Position numbers and translations under genes: made by a program. From NCBI RefSeq assembly GCF_027921745.1, contig NC_079238.1, forward strand, positions 5,270,001 through 5,334,000: DNA of 64,000 nucleotides. Direction: 5' to 3'. The notes under the pieces were generated by a model. The model worked only from the letters and a program-made list of their open reading frames with translations. It ran no database searches and was not told the origin of the DNA. Positions within the stretch are counted from its first letter, which is position 1, and the number at the start of each line of letters is the position of its first letter. This document shows, one piece after another, positions 24,990 to 36,727 of the stretch. The stretch comes from Schizosaccharomyces osmophilus (taxonomy: Eukaryota).

Positions 24990-27900
24990 TTATTGCTCGA
25001 ATTCAGCATATCGCTTAAAGAACTTACTCATTGAGGTTCCTAATGCTCTATCAATATGTCCGCAAGCAAGGATATTACAGAAAAGATCGTAAAATTCCTT
25101 GCGCCCTCGTATAAACTGAGTGTCTTCTAAAGATATTATATACTCAACTAAACCAGTGATGACGGGCTGGAACGCGGCAACACCCTTCACAGGATTGTCA
25201 AAAATAACTCTCTGAAATCCACGGATGATTAATTTAGAAGCATCTGAAATCTTCTGTTGGAAGGCATTACTAAACTTTTCAAAGTCAGGTTCGTTGTCAC
25301 TAGATTTCCTCAAGGAGGAAATACATTGGAAGCTAATATATAAAAACAATTTTGCACAGGAGGCTTCTTGGCTTAGAAGGTTCGGCATATGGTCCACTAT
25401 CCCGGATGACAGAATCTTTGCACGAATTCCAATATCTGAATTGAATGATTCTGCGAACTTCCATGATTCACCCAGCAGATCCAAAAGTACCAAAACTTTG
25501 TCCTTTGGTATATCTGAAAGAATGTTGTCGAAATGCGCAAGCTCCCACAAACAGTTTATCATTAGCAATTGTAATGTACACTTAACAACGATGTTCTTTA
25601 ATTGTTGTTTTTTCGATTTCCCCTGCTTGTTTATATTGCTGAGTTCGCCAGAAAATACGGAGTTGGTTTCAGCTTCTTCATCGGTTGATTCAGTACCTGT
25701 CTGTGGATACAAAGAATGATCTTGGAGTTCGACTGGCAATGTACGTTTAAATAAATCGCTGATGCAGCGCACGACTTCATCCCAATCTGTCCCATTAAAT
25801 TGCTTTCGGTTTTTCTGAATCAACTGCAAGCAACAACTAATCCCAACCTTAGATAGCATGTTGTTTTCTTGGCATATACATTTCTGAAGTAAGGAAAGGA
25901 CATTCGGCAGCTGACTACGAAGTCTTTCCATATGCCTTGTGAAAATTTCAATGAAAGCTCGCAAGGCTTCTACCATAGTTGTAAGGATCCATACATCTGT
26001 TTCCTCGGTATTTTTTGCCATATATAACCTTTGAAAATTTGAGATTGAAACGATCGAAAATATGGATAAAACAATATCCAAGGACAACTTATTTAGAAAT
26101 TCAGTATCAAAATCGGCTACGTGTCGATCCAGACAGTTGAATATAAGCTTGACGGCTCTTGAGCGCACTTCCAGATCTGGAGCTTCTTTAATAATGTCTC
26201 TATATGCAAGTAGTAAAGGGAACCAATAAAGCTTTTCAGATTTCGAAGAAAACACGGGCACATTCTCACTCTCACAATTCTCTATAACATGTCCCTCCAA
26301 ATTTTTCAGCATGTCGAGGCTAACTAAGCAGAATTTCTGATTACCACCCAACAACGAAAATTTAGAAAGACACGCAACCATTTCAGAATAAGCACCTTGT
26401 GAAAACACACATCTTGAATGGTCATTATAGATAGAGGATACAATAGATAATGCATATTGTAAAACAGACGCGTTATGAATTTTACTGGCGGATGCTAATA
26501 TTTGAAAAATAGGGCCCCAACCAGATTTTATGTTTTGATAACGAGCTTTAACCATCTGATCGACGCAGCGTAAGACAAGATCGTTGATTTTTAAATCTTG
26601 GCAATTATCCATTGCATGCTTAAATGGCTGCAAAAAATCCTTCTGAAACTTAAAGTGGGAAAGTTCTTCAATCTCCAAAAATTGCATGGAAAATTGACGA
26701 AGCGAATCCAAAGCAAAGGATGCAATTATTGAATTTTCGTGACAGCTTACTTGAGTAAAGTAATTTCCTAACAGTGACCAAATGCTAGACCACTCCATAC
26801 GAATACGGCCCATGTTATAATATGAAATTTCCACGAGCTTTTGTAAACTAAAAAGTCTTGGGGTCGCCAACTCTAGCGAGCATTCTATTTCTTCCCATGA
26901 GACTCCAATAAGGGCTTTTACGAAATCATAGATACCTTCACTTCCTAAAGCACGTGTATTTGAGAACACCATATCGACAGCCATTACCACCTCACGGGAA
27001 CTGTACTCCTTGGCGACTTCCAGAGAAGGTGGTTTAACAGAAGCGGTTGAATTTGATCTATGAGGAATGCTACCACTTCGTAAAGAACGGTGTCCTTTAT
27101 CAATAGAACGAGGCCTAAATTTCGTTAAATTTATATCAGGGATTGAGTTTTTATCCACTCCAGCTGTTATTAGCTGAACTCGTTCAAGTTGACTTATACA
27201 AAGCAGAATATCCTTCCAAGAATCTTTTAATTGATTTCCATGTGTTAAAGATATGTCGAGCAAAGCCCTCAATGCATCCATGTTTGTTCGCTGAAGTTCT
27301 GAAATATTGTTGAGATGAGTGAATTTTGTGAGAGTTTGTATAAAAGCATTCCTGGGTAAGTCCATGGAAAAGACGCAAATAATATCCACTGCACGTCTAA
27401 AACCCTCAAGAGATAACTGAATTAATGTAGCATCAGAAGATAATTGCACGGACTCAGATAATGCTGCCAAAATAGGCATCCAAACAGCTTCAAACATAGG
27501 ACCGACATGTTCAAAATGCCTTGCGGTGTAATAAATATCATTGGCTGTAAGTTTACCTTTCTGCTTTTGTTCCTTTATTAAATCCTTGAATAATGCTTCA
27601 GTTTTATTAGCCATCTCATTTGATGCCATATAGTAAGCCTCTCTCTGTAAATCTCGACCGACAGTAGCTAAAGCATTACTAATGTTTGCAGCAAACCCAA
27701 CACTAGCATGGGTAGGGAAGTAATTGTAAATAGAAGCTCCCTGCTCGTCCTTCATTACAATTTCATTTTTTTGAATATCATCATACACGTCGACCAAAAA
27801 CTCATCACTTAAGTTTGCGCCATCATCAACACCTCTATTATTCCGAATGAAATCTTGACAAGTCATACGCTGTTTAACTTGCGGAGAATGTTGGTCTGTG

Positions 27901-30677
27901 TTGAGCATAATGATAGAATAAGCCAGCACATAAGCCGTATCAGCATTCCTAAACGTACCCAAGTTATCGTCAACGTATCGTTCCGCGAACTTTAACATAA
28001 AGCGATCTATTTTTTGCGCTTCTCCAGGAAGGCGAAATTTTTGAAGAAATGAGCGAAGAGCATTTACAAATCCTACATCTTTGAAGCTCATTTTATCAAC
28101 AAATGCGTGCATGATAGCAACATTCTCCTCATTTCCTTCTCCCAAATATTCACCAACGGCAGCCTTGTTCAGGCCTTCGGTATCCAAGAGGAAACTAGCG
28201 ATATTGCTTGCAGAGTCGGATTCAATTAAGTGTCTTGAAAGCAAGAACCTCATTCCTTGCTTCGGTTTGTAATTAAACTTTTGTATCCCTTCTTGTAATA
28301 GCTTTTTATGATGCTTCAAGCTTTCAAATTGGGAGGGATCATCAATCGCTAAAGTTGTAGCAGACGTATCGAAGTTCTCTGTTGATGTGTCATTATTTCG
28401 AACAGAAGAGACATCAGAAGTGCTTCTTTGACTTTCATCTAATCTAGTAGGTGTAAGGTTATCTGTATTATAATGATTTGAAGAATCACTCGAGTCGAAA
28501 TTTTGGTTACACCAGCCGTATAGGGAAGAAAGTGCGGAATTGAGGCACTTGTATGATTTCAATTTAATCTGATAATCAAAGAAAGGAGGATCATGGAGAT
28601 GGGAATAAACTCCTATAAAAGAAATACTTAGTTGCGGAAGATCCTTCAAGTCGTTATACACGAATCCCACCCTGTCGATAACAGCATGCTCCGGTTTAAA
28701 GCTAAATCCAGAAGGAGGTGCAACAGTTTTCTGGCTCGCAATTCTCGCTAACGTGACGATGATACGCTCATATATATTTTCAGAGTTTCCACTAATACAA
28801 TCGTAATTTAAGTATAACTCGATAAGAGTTTGCGGTTCTTTGCAAATTCGATGAAAAACATTTAACAGAACAATCTTCTGCTGATTACTGGAAGATCTCA
28901 TCTCAAGAATGGGAAAAAATATTTCAGTAAAGAAAACTTCTAATTCAGCTTTCATTATGTTCTTTAGGTCAGATAAAACAAGCCAGAAAATTTCGCATGA
29001 AATCTCGAAAACCGGAAGAACATGACTGACAACATTTTTTGCTAAAGACAGACAGATATATTGCTTAACAGCTTGTATTAATGGTGTAGAAGGAGACGAA
29101 GGAGATTTTATCATTATACTCGAATTCGAGAAAATGTCCATGTGATTATGGAGGATGCGGTAAATTAAGTGAAGACTCATCAACTTAGAACGCATCGAGT
29201 GTGATTTCAAATCATAGTCATTTTCATAAGGAACGGGCTTAATTGACAGTTTACAAAGAGCGCGAATAATCAAAAAGGCATCTCTTAAAAGTTGCTGTTC
29301 CAGGGTTTCTTCCTCCAATGGTGCTTCTTCTCTTACTTGATCGAAACTTTTACGCTGTTCGAAGGACTCCAATGTGAGTTTGCTTTCAGGAGGATCAGCG
29401 GTTAAGACATCATTCGGTTCTGGAACAGCTAATTGCTCAACTGTAGTTTTAGAAGGAGTCGCTGCATCGACTTCTTCCTGTTGATGAAGCTCGCCGGATA
29501 GTCGACTAAAAACAGAATCCACCATCTGCATTATAGCAACCTGGGCTGTGGCTTGTATGGTAGGGTTTTTACATAAAAGAAAAATATTATACGTCTGTCT
29601 CACTGCCAAAAGTAAAGATGAATGGCGAATTAAAGTTCGCTGAGAAGTTACAGCTGCAAGCAAAGCCTTAATAATTTGTAATTGAACTTTTTCGGGAGTA
29701 GAGTCACCAAAAAAACATGAAGCGATGGTATTAACAACTCGTTCCATCAGTGACATCTCTGGAGAATTAACAGCAGGGGTATCAAAATAGTTGTAGTCAA
29801 TTAATTTCGCAAAGCAATCCAAAGTTATTGTTAGCAGGGTAGCGCTATTTGTTTCGCAAGCCATTACAAGTGGGTCAAGGATAGTTTCAGGGAGTAAAAA
29901 GGGTTGTTTTTGCAGTTCAGTTTGCACATTATCGATAGATTCGCGGAGTTTTCTGTGTTTCTTCAAAGATTTAGCTTTGGACATTTGCTTAAATGCGTCT
30001 ATAATAAAGAGGTGTGGATTGAGTTTTCCTGAATTCTGGAACGTTGGCCGGGTTACCTCTTCAGGACGTTCGTGTCGTTCACTATCGGCAGTCGATTTCC
30101 TGGCTAAATGGCTGGCCACCTCACTTTGTGATTCAGACTCTTCTTCGTCAACCTTTACATCCGGTGTTTTGGCTGGATGCCTGGCATTTGGTTGAATATC
30201 TACTTTGGGTTCATGTATGGGAATATCTTCAGTTGCATCAGCGTTATCTGTCTCAAATTGGGATTGTTCTTCGACATCGTTTGAAGCGGAAGGTTTTGGG
30301 TTGACATCCTCAGACGCTACATTGTAATCACCAGAAATTTTCTCTTTTTCTGATTCGGTGTTATGATTTGTTTTCTCTGCTTCATTGACTGAGTCATTGA
30401 GCCCTGTCTTCGACTGATCCTTCTCATTCCTTGTGTTGTCATCATTACCGACTCCACGGGTATTCATTTCCTTAGTTTCCTTTGAAAAGTCTCCTAATGT
30501 TTTCTCATTAGAAGCAGTTTCGTTTTTACGTTCGTTTTCTGAAGGATCTGACGACCTGTCATTTTTCGTCTCTTTCGTCAAAGTAGCATTCTGTTCTTTT
30601 CCTTGAATATGAACTTCTATATCATTTTCTAGGTTATGAGAAGCTATCGCGGCTGCTTCTTGACCAGAATCTACCAT
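24990..30677 (-). CDS. sec71: Large Sec7-domain ARF-GEF (BIG/Sec7 type)
   Basis: FRLPGEAQKIDR, AYVLAYSIIMLNTD, HUS box YLNYDC; sec71 vs sec72 assigned by synteny. Confidence 0.92.
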   Translation of the reverse strand: MVDSGQEAAAIASHNLENDIEVHIQGKEQNATLTKETKNDRSSDPSENERKNETASNEKTLGDFSKETKEMNTRGVGNDDNTRNEKDQSKTGLNDSVNEAEKTNHNTESEKEKISGDYNVASEDVNPKPSASNDVEEQSQFETDNADATEDIPIHEPKVDIQPNARHPAKTPDVKVDEEESESQSEVASHLARKSTADSERHERPEEVTRPTFQNSGKLNPHLFIIDAFKQMSKAKSLKKHRKLRESIDNVQTELQKQPFLLPETILDPLVMACETNSATLLTITLDCFAKLIDYNYFDTPAVNSPEMSLMERVVNTIASCFFGDSTPEKVQLQIIKALLAAVTSQRTLIRHSSLLLAVRQTYNIFLLCKNPTIQATAQVAIMQMVDSVFSRLSGELHQQEEVDAATPSKTTVEQLAVPEPNDVLTADPPESKLTLESFEQRKSFDQVREEAPLEEETLEQQLLRDAFLIIRALCKLSIKPVPYENDYDLKSHSMRSKLMSLHLIYRILHNHMDIFSNSSIMIKSPSSPSTPLIQAVKQYICLSLAKNVVSHVLPVFEISCEIFWLVLSDLKNIMKAELEVFFTEIFFPILEMRSSSNQQKIVLLNVFHRICKEPQTLIELYLNYDCISGNSENIYERIIVTLARIASQKTVAPPSGFSFKPEHAVIDRVGFVYNDLKDLPQLSISFIGVYSHLHDPPFFDYQIKLKSYKCLNSALSSLYGWCNQNFDSSDSSNHYNTDNLTPTRLDESQRSTSDVSSVRNNDTSTENFDTSATTLAIDDPSQFESLKHHKKLLQEGIQKFNYKPKQGMRFLLSRHLIESDSASNIASFLLDTEGLNKAAVGEYLGEGNEENVAIMHAFVDKMSFKDVGFVNALRSFLQKFRLPGEAQKIDRFMLKFAERYVDDNLGTFRNADTAYVLAYSIIMLNTDQHSPQVKQRMTCQDFIRNNRGVDDGANLSDEFLVDVYDDIQKNEIVMKDEQGASIYNYFPTHASVGFAANISNALATVGRDLQREAYYMASNEMANKTEALFKDLIKEQKQKGKLTANDIYYTARHFEHVGPMFEAVWMPILAALSESVQLSSDATLIQLSLEGFRRAVDIICVFSMDLPRNAFIQTLTKFTHLNNISELQRTNMDALRALLDISLTHGNQLKDSWKDILLCISQLERVQLITAGVDKNSIPDINLTKFRPRSIDKGHRSLRSGSIPHRSNSTASVKPPSLEVAKEYSSREVVMAVDMVFSNTRALGSEGIYDFVKALIGVSWEEIECSLELATPRLFSLQKLVEISYYNMGRIRMEWSSIWSLLGNYFTQVSCHENSIIASFALDSLRQFSMQFLEIEELSHFKFQKDFLQPFKHAMDNCQDLKINDLVLRCVDQMVKARYQNIKSGWGPIFQILASASKIHNASVLQYALSIVSSIYNDHSRCVFSQGAYSEMVACLSKFSLLGGNQKFCLVSLDMLKNLEGHVIENCESENVPVFSSKSEKLYWFPLLLAYRDIIKEAPDLEVRSRAVKLIFNCLDRHVADFDTEFLNKLSLDIVLSIFSIVSISNFQRLYMAKNTEETDVWILTTMVEALRAFIEIFTRHMERLRSQLPNVLSLLQKCICQENNMLSKVGISCCLQLIQKNRKQFNGTDWDEVVRCISDLFKRTLPVELQDHSLYPQTGTESTDEEAETNSVFSGELSNINKQGKSKKQQLKNIVVKCTLQLLMINCLWELAHFDNILSDIPKDKVLVLLDLLGESWKFAESFNSDIGIRAKILSSGIVDHMPNLLSQEASCAKLFLYISFQCISSLRKSSDNEPDFEKFSNAFQQKISDASKLIIRGFQRVIFDNPVKGVAAFQPVITGLVEYIISLEDTQFIRGRKEFYDLFCNILACGHIDRALGTSMSKFFKRYAEFEQ

Positions 30678-31333
30678 TTTAATTCATTCGAACGTCTTGC
30701 TGGTAGAATACAGACACCCACTACAGTAAAAATGGTTTGCCTATAGTAAAATCCTTTTTAGCTATAAATTATAGATAAATGAAAGTGTTTTTTCCTTTAC
30801 AAATAGCTTAATTCTTAAGACACGCAGGCAATTCATAGTTTGCATACAGACTAAATATCAAATTAGTGTCAACAACTTCAAGAGTTCAAACTAGAGACGA
30901 ACCAATTTTTATGGTATTTCACATAATCAGAAATGAAATAAAAAAAACTGAAAAATGAAAGGTATTATTATTGCTTATAACCGACATCTACTAAACCGTA
31001 CGCACTAAGAGTACCATTCGTGATTTGAGACAGGAAAAGAGTAAATTAAAATAAAAACAACAAAATATAATCAAACTGTATACGCATGGTCAAAAAGTCT
31101 AAATGGATACTCGATGAACTCCAGACTTCAATTTAATTTGTAAAAGACACATTTTAGACTAGAAAGAAAAGAACAGAACAGAACGGAGGCACAAGCTTGA
31201 ACCAAAGATTACCAACTTATACAGCAGAAAGAAAAGCTATGAAGCCAGAATAACCACGCAACTGACGTTCCCATAGAATTTTCAAACCATGCCGGAAAAA
31301 TTAACATAAGCATAAAACAAGAAGACAGAGAAA

Positions 31334-32490
31334 TCATAGAAATAGGTTTCTAATAAGGTAATAAATGATATTTACACGAATAAATCCGATAAGAAGGAGG
31401 ATCCACTCTTTATAGTCAAACCAATACCAGTTTCTTGTAAGGATGGGGCCATTACAAAGTGCCTTTCCTATAACGGGATCATCAGTAATAACACCATCAC
31501 AGTCTCTCTTTAAAGAAAGGTAGAAAGCAGCGGTAGTATTCACAGACCATGTGAAAACTTTCTTGTTTAGAGCGTGTACCATATCAATAAAATCCTGTGA
31601 AGAAGGAAGCAAAAGCGTAGCTACGGCTATACTCACTCCTATGACTCGAGGATGCATCACAAAATATTGTTGAGCATAAGAAAAGTTAAATCCAAGATGG
31701 CAAATTCTGATCGTAGGAGCGTATTTGTCACAAGCCGGAAGAAAACGACGGGACCAAATACAAAAGATCACTTTATCTTCCCAAAAGTTTAAATCAAGGT
31801 TGATGTCTAACATAGTGTCAACCAGTTTTTGGATAATGAAAATGTCAAGGTCGGGCTTTATGTCAATATATAATTGAACCCCAGGATACTTTAGCAATTC
31901 TTTTAAGAACATATGGAGTGTTGGTAAAGGCTCATAAGGTTCTCGAAGGGTTCGAAAATGACCATTTTCACGTTCATAATCAACGTCAAATGTGCTTACA
32001 TCTACTCCATACATACGCTTCAAACTTCGGTCGTGAGAAATACAAACAACTTCATCTTTAGTAAGTCGAACATCGGTTTCGATATGCTTTATGCCAGCGT
32101 TTGCTGCTTCTCGAAATGCAGCAAGTGTATTCTCTGGCTGCTTGGCACTATATCTGTCCGTTGGTTAGCATACATGTATGAAGAAAGATGAAAGAATCAA
32201 GTAATGCAATTTACAAATGCACAACACCAGTCGTCATAAAAGCTGGTTTGGCCGGTCTAAAAAGATCCGAACGCATCGCCATTCATAGTCGGAAACACAA
32301 AGCTAGTGTTGAGTACTTTGAAAGGTGTAGCTGGAATTACAAGAAAGTAAATGATAGGAATGACTTACCCTCTGTGAGCAATAACTATTTTAGTTTCTTT
32401 CTGATTTTCATTTTGGACCAACGAGTTTTCTGATGATGCATCAGAAAGCACCTGGTACTTTCCATGATCATGTAAATCCAGCTTGCTCAT
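31334..32490 (-). CDS. pgc1: GDPD-family phosphatidylglycerol phospholipase C Pgc1, 2 exons
   Basis: VIAHRG/YSAKQPENTLAAF..IETDVRLTKD formed across intron 32154-32368; hydrophobic C-terminal anchor. Confidence 0.88.
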
Positions 32491-32782
32491 TTTTAATAAT
32501 TAATTTCAAATTCGGAAATTTGATATAGGTAAATGGTTGAGGATAAGGTCAAGAATGAAGTAGATTTGGAATGGTGAAGATGATATCACCTATAAGTACC
32601 AAAGATAGATATTGACATAGAACAAATTTGTAAATTAAGAAATGCCGATTTTCCCTATTTTTTTAAATTCGATCTTAAAAGTACACACATCAAGACTAAA
32701 ACATCATTCCTCTTATGTGAATCTCGATGAAAAGATAGAAACTTCAATTCACGGCCATCGGCCATCAAGCGAGTCTTCAGGA

Positions 32783-33088
32783 TTAGCTTAAAAGTTGATC
32801 CCACTCAAGTAATGCTTCTGATGATAGAGGTTGCACAGAATCGTCTTTCTCAAAGCTACGAACAGCATCCGACATGATACTGTATACACGGTGTTCAGCT
32901 TCTTCGGGATGTGACGAGGTTATGGAAGAAGAAGAAGAAGAATCTTTTAAAAGGAATAGAGTTCCAGACACTGGATCTATATTCCAAAGGAAGCCTTCTA
33001 CAGGGATTTGGTCATTGCGAAAGAGGACGCGAAAAAGCCTACCGCGATTTTCCTCAATGAGCTTTGGCTTCGTTTTATAAGAATCCAT
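32783..33088 (-). CDS. gem6: Small Sm-fold protein, probable Gemin6 of the SMN complex
   Basis: VEGFLWNIDPVSGTLFL resembles the Gemin6 G.v.t.DPvS motif; synteny. Confidence 0.7.
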   Translation of the reverse strand: MDSYKTKPKLIEENRGRLFRVLFRNDQIPVEGFLWNIDPVSGTLFLLKDSSSSSSITSSHPEEAEHRVYSIMSDAVRSFEKDDSVQPLSSEALLEWDQLLS

Positions 33089-33182
33089 GGTTAGTTATAA
33101 TGTGGATTTGGACGTACTTTTCAAGTAAAACGTTTTATGGATCCAGTGGAAGTGTTGTGCTAAGGAAAGGTTCCTGTAAACA

Positions 33183-33307
33183 ACGCGTAAATAAAGAAGC
33201 AAGAAAGAAGAAACGCGATTTCATTTTTTAGTTGTGAAGTTTCCGATGGGGTAGTAACAATTATTCAAAAAGTTTATTAAAAGATGCGAAATATCGAGAT
33301 ACGCGCT
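33183..33307. promoter_or_regulatory. MCB-like (ACGCG) cluster in the gem6/pop2 divergent promoter
   Basis: ACGCGT at 33183, ACGCGA at 33213, ACGCGC at 33301. Confidence 0.4.
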
Positions 33308-34524
33308 CTTGGTTTGATGATTGGACTCTTTCGTAACTACTTGAGCATGCAATGCGTCTCTGTTAAATCTTTGATCTTTGATTTAGTTCTCGCTTTTTCT
33401 TTTTCTTTTTTTTTTTTTAAATGAGTCGCTTTCGATCTCCGTTCAAGGTTATTGTATCACCTTTCCAGCATCACTAGATTTCTTTACAATCTTGGAGACA
33501 CGGCGAAGCTTTTTATTTTATGAAAATCGTCGTTAAACTAATTTAGATCGCAAATGAATGAAAGGTAAAGCTTCCTCCCGTGAAACAATTGATGGAGCGA
33601 AAAAGCTCATCCAGGTGAAATGAAAAATCATAGCAATCATCTTAAAGGTCGCGTTTCACACCAATTTTTGAATACTTACCTTTAATTGCTAATCCAATTA
33701 TTTCTTGATGTCCTTTTCTATTTGTTCTTTTTTCTGGTTAAGCCTTCAGTGAGTCTGTTTGTGGAAAAAACTCATTCCACATATATTGCAACGTGAGCTG
33801 TTAAGACACCTCAACTAACGATTTATCCTTCATTTCAATTATTTATCTTTAATCATATGCTGGTCCTAGTACTGTAAGCTGACAACTTTTCATTTGAAAA
33901 TAAGTACAGCCCATGTTTGACAATTGCATTCACCACTAGAAATCAATTTCATTATCTTTTTTGTAATCCTTTTATGAGTTACACTTCTAGAATTCTCTTC
34001 TAAATGGAATGAAGTTGACTAACAAAACAGTGTCTTGATCGGCCTTTTTCTTAATATTACTTTCAGCTTCTTCTTCTTCAAAAATAATATTTATTATATA
34101 TTTAACTCATATTTCCTTGTTAATTCTTCTGAAAACTTCGTTCTGACTAGCCTGGGATCTCAAACATCCTGGCACACTACGTTGCTCCATTCGTACTGGG
34201 CAATTTGACAATGCATTTTTTGACTAGGAATTAGGATTGTCGAGGTTTTATTTCTTAAAAAAGACATAACAAAACTCATTTTCTCCATTTTATTGTCCTT
34301 GGTTTCTTTTCGACTGTTGTTTTTTATCATTAATTCTTCAGATAGTCCTTTACCTGTAAAGAGAACACTTTTTGATCGATTTAATACTCTCAGACTTTGT
34401 GTTCCATTTACAAACCATTTTTCTAGTTATACGTTATTCGCTACGAAACTGTATATGAATCCTTAATATTGTGTTCGTCTTTCATTTCAGTCATACTCCT
34501 TTTAAATACTTTGCTGCCTTTCTT

Positions 34525-36579
34525 ATGTCTTCTAATTATTTCTCCGAAAGTTCTTCTTCTAATATTAATGATTCTTTGATGAACAGCAATCCAGCAACTC
34601 CTCCAGAGCCCTCCGACACCTCAGCCCTTTCAGAAAGATATCAGGATTATTTTATCGCCTCTGCCCAAAGAAAAAACCAAAGTAGGTATGATCATTATCC
34701 CCTGAGTAAGTCGGCCCTCCCGGAGTCCTTAAAGCAATTCAATGTCAATTCTGGAAATGTATCTTATCGTTTCTATGACATGGCTTCTTCAGAAGATGTT
34801 AGAGAATTCGATCTTTCTCTAGTTCCACAGAAAAATTCTCTTGTATCTCAGCCTTCTTCTCTATCAGAAAGAGTAAGTGTTCGTCATCGTAAGCGGATTT
34901 GCAGGAGAAACGATGTTTCCTCTATATCGAATTCATATGCCATTCCTCCTTCTCCAAAAGTGGAAGCACCATTAACTCCTATTAGCCAGAGGGGATCTCC
35001 TTTCTGTTCTTCTTCCCAGACTGAACCACTGAGTTTGACGTCAATTGCTGAAAAGTATCAATCATTGCCTGAAAACGTTCAAGCATATACCTTTTTTCAA
35101 ATGCTACGTTCTTGTGAACGGAGGAGCATGCGGCCGCTCATGAACAAATGTGAGCTTTTGTTGAAGAAGGATTTACTGGCACATTTACCTAATTTCATTG
35201 TTCGCAAAATACTGGGATATTTGGATTTCCCGTCCTTTTTAACAGTAGCTCTTGTACATAAAAAATGGAGGGATATAATTTCGTCATTTACTTGGTATTG
35301 GAGACTACAATTTGAAAATTCGGGATTCTCCGTTGACTTGCAAGATTGGAATTATGCTTATCCTTTGAAACCTCCACCACCGTTTCTACATAATAATCAT
35401 GTTGCTGATGAATATTTTTACGATATTTTTAAAAGACATTACTTAAAAAAGCAACGCTGGATTTCTCCAGCTATACCGCCATCTCATCTGTCTTTTCCTG
35501 TACACGATTCGGACCGTATGGTAACTTTCTTAAGGATACATAAAGACAAAATAGTAATAAGTTCAGAGTCTGGAAGTATCCAGATTCATAGTGCCATAAC
35601 AGGAGCTTTGGAAGCCCGCTTGGAAGGTCATAAAGATGGCGTTTGGGCTGTCCAGATACATGGCAACACTCTTGTTTCTGGATCTCTGGATAAAACAATT
35701 CGTGTATGGAATATAAAAACCGGAGAATGTACACATATTTTTCGAGGTCATACGTCTACAATCCGCTGTCTCGAAATATTGAGTCCGAAAAGAGTCTTTC
35801 GTGATGGAAGAATTGTTATCGAGCCCTCGCGACCTTATATAGTTAGTGGTTCTCGGGATCATACTCTTCGAGTATGGAAATTTCCTGAGGAAAATGATCC
35901 TCGTTATCTACCAAGTGAGTCTACATCTATTGAGCAATGGGAAAAGAATCCATATTATGTTCATACGCTCATGGGACATACTGAATCAGTTCGATGCATT
36001 TCAGGATACGGAGATATATTGGTCAGCGGAAGCTACGATTATTCCATAAGAGTCTGGCGTATTTCTACCGGCGATTGCTTATGCCACTTGCGTGGGCATA
36101 CTCTTAGAGTATACAGCGTTCTCTACGAACCGGAGAAGAATCTTTGTATCAGCAGCAGTATGGACAAAACTGTGAAAGTATGGGATTTACGAACGCGAGC
36201 TTGCTTACACACCTTGGAAGGACATTCGCTACCGGTTACATTACTCAATGTTGTACAAGATAAGCTCATTTCTGGCTCTGCTGATTCAACGATACGAATA
36301 TGGGATCTCAGCAGTGGTACTCAGCAAATGGTAATGTACGCGAACGGTGGATATATACGAACTTTGCAAGGCGATGAACATAAAATTGTTAGTAGCAATG
36401 ACGGATCTTTAAAACTATGGGACATAAAGACGGGAAAGCTACTGAAGTATCTATTGACAGATGTTTCAGGTATTTGGCAGGTCCATTATGATGAAAATCG
36501 TTGTGTTGCAGCTGTGCAAAGGGACAATCAGGCATACTTGGAAGTTTTTAATTTTTTTGGTCGTGATTCAAAAATGTGA
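34525..36579 (+). CDS. pop2: F-box/WD40 protein Pop2 (Cdc4/Fbw7 family)
   Basis: F-box DLLAHLPNFIVRKILGYLD plus multiple GH..WD repeats; first ATG 34525. Confidence 0.9.
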   Translation: MSSNYFSESSSSNINDSLMNSNPATPPEPSDTSALSERYQDYFIASAQRKNQSRYDHYPLSKSALPESLKQFNVNSGNVSYRFYDMASSEDVREFDLSLVPQKNSLVSQPSSLSERVSVRHRKRICRRNDVSSISNSYAIPPSPKVEAPLTPISQRGSPFCSSSQTEPLSLTSIAEKYQSLPENVQAYTFFQMLRSCERRSMRPLMNKCELLLKKDLLAHLPNFIVRKILGYLDFPSFLTVALVHKKWRDIISSFTWYWRLQFENSGFSVDLQDWNYAYPLKPPPPFLHNNHVADEYFYDIFKRHYLKKQRWISPAIPPSHLSFPVHDSDRMVTFLRIHKDKIVISSESGSIQIHSAITGALEARLEGHKDGVWAVQIHGNTLVSGSLDKTIRVWNIKTGECTHIFRGHTSTIRCLEILSPKRVFRDGRIVIEPSRPYIVSGSRDHTLRVWKFPEENDPRYLPSESTSIEQWEKNPYYVHTLMGHTESVRCISGYGDILVSGSYDYSIRVWRISTGDCLCHLRGHTLRVYSVLYEPEKNLCISSSMDKTVKVWDLRTRACLHTLEGHSLPVTLLNVVQDKLISGSADSTIRIWDLSSGTQQMVMYANGGYIRTLQGDEHKIVSSNDGSLKLWDIKTGKLLKYLLTDVSGIWQVHYDENRCVAAVQRDNQAYLEVFNFFGRDSKM

Positions 36580-36727
36580 AATTTAAACAAGCCGCATTTT
36601 TTTACTCTCTGTCAGATGTCAAACTTTGAAATACTATCATTAATAGATTATTATTTATTAATTCATGGTTAAAAGAAAGAAAATAAAGTGATGAGTAGAT
36701 TACATAAACGTAAACTCATAGAATATC

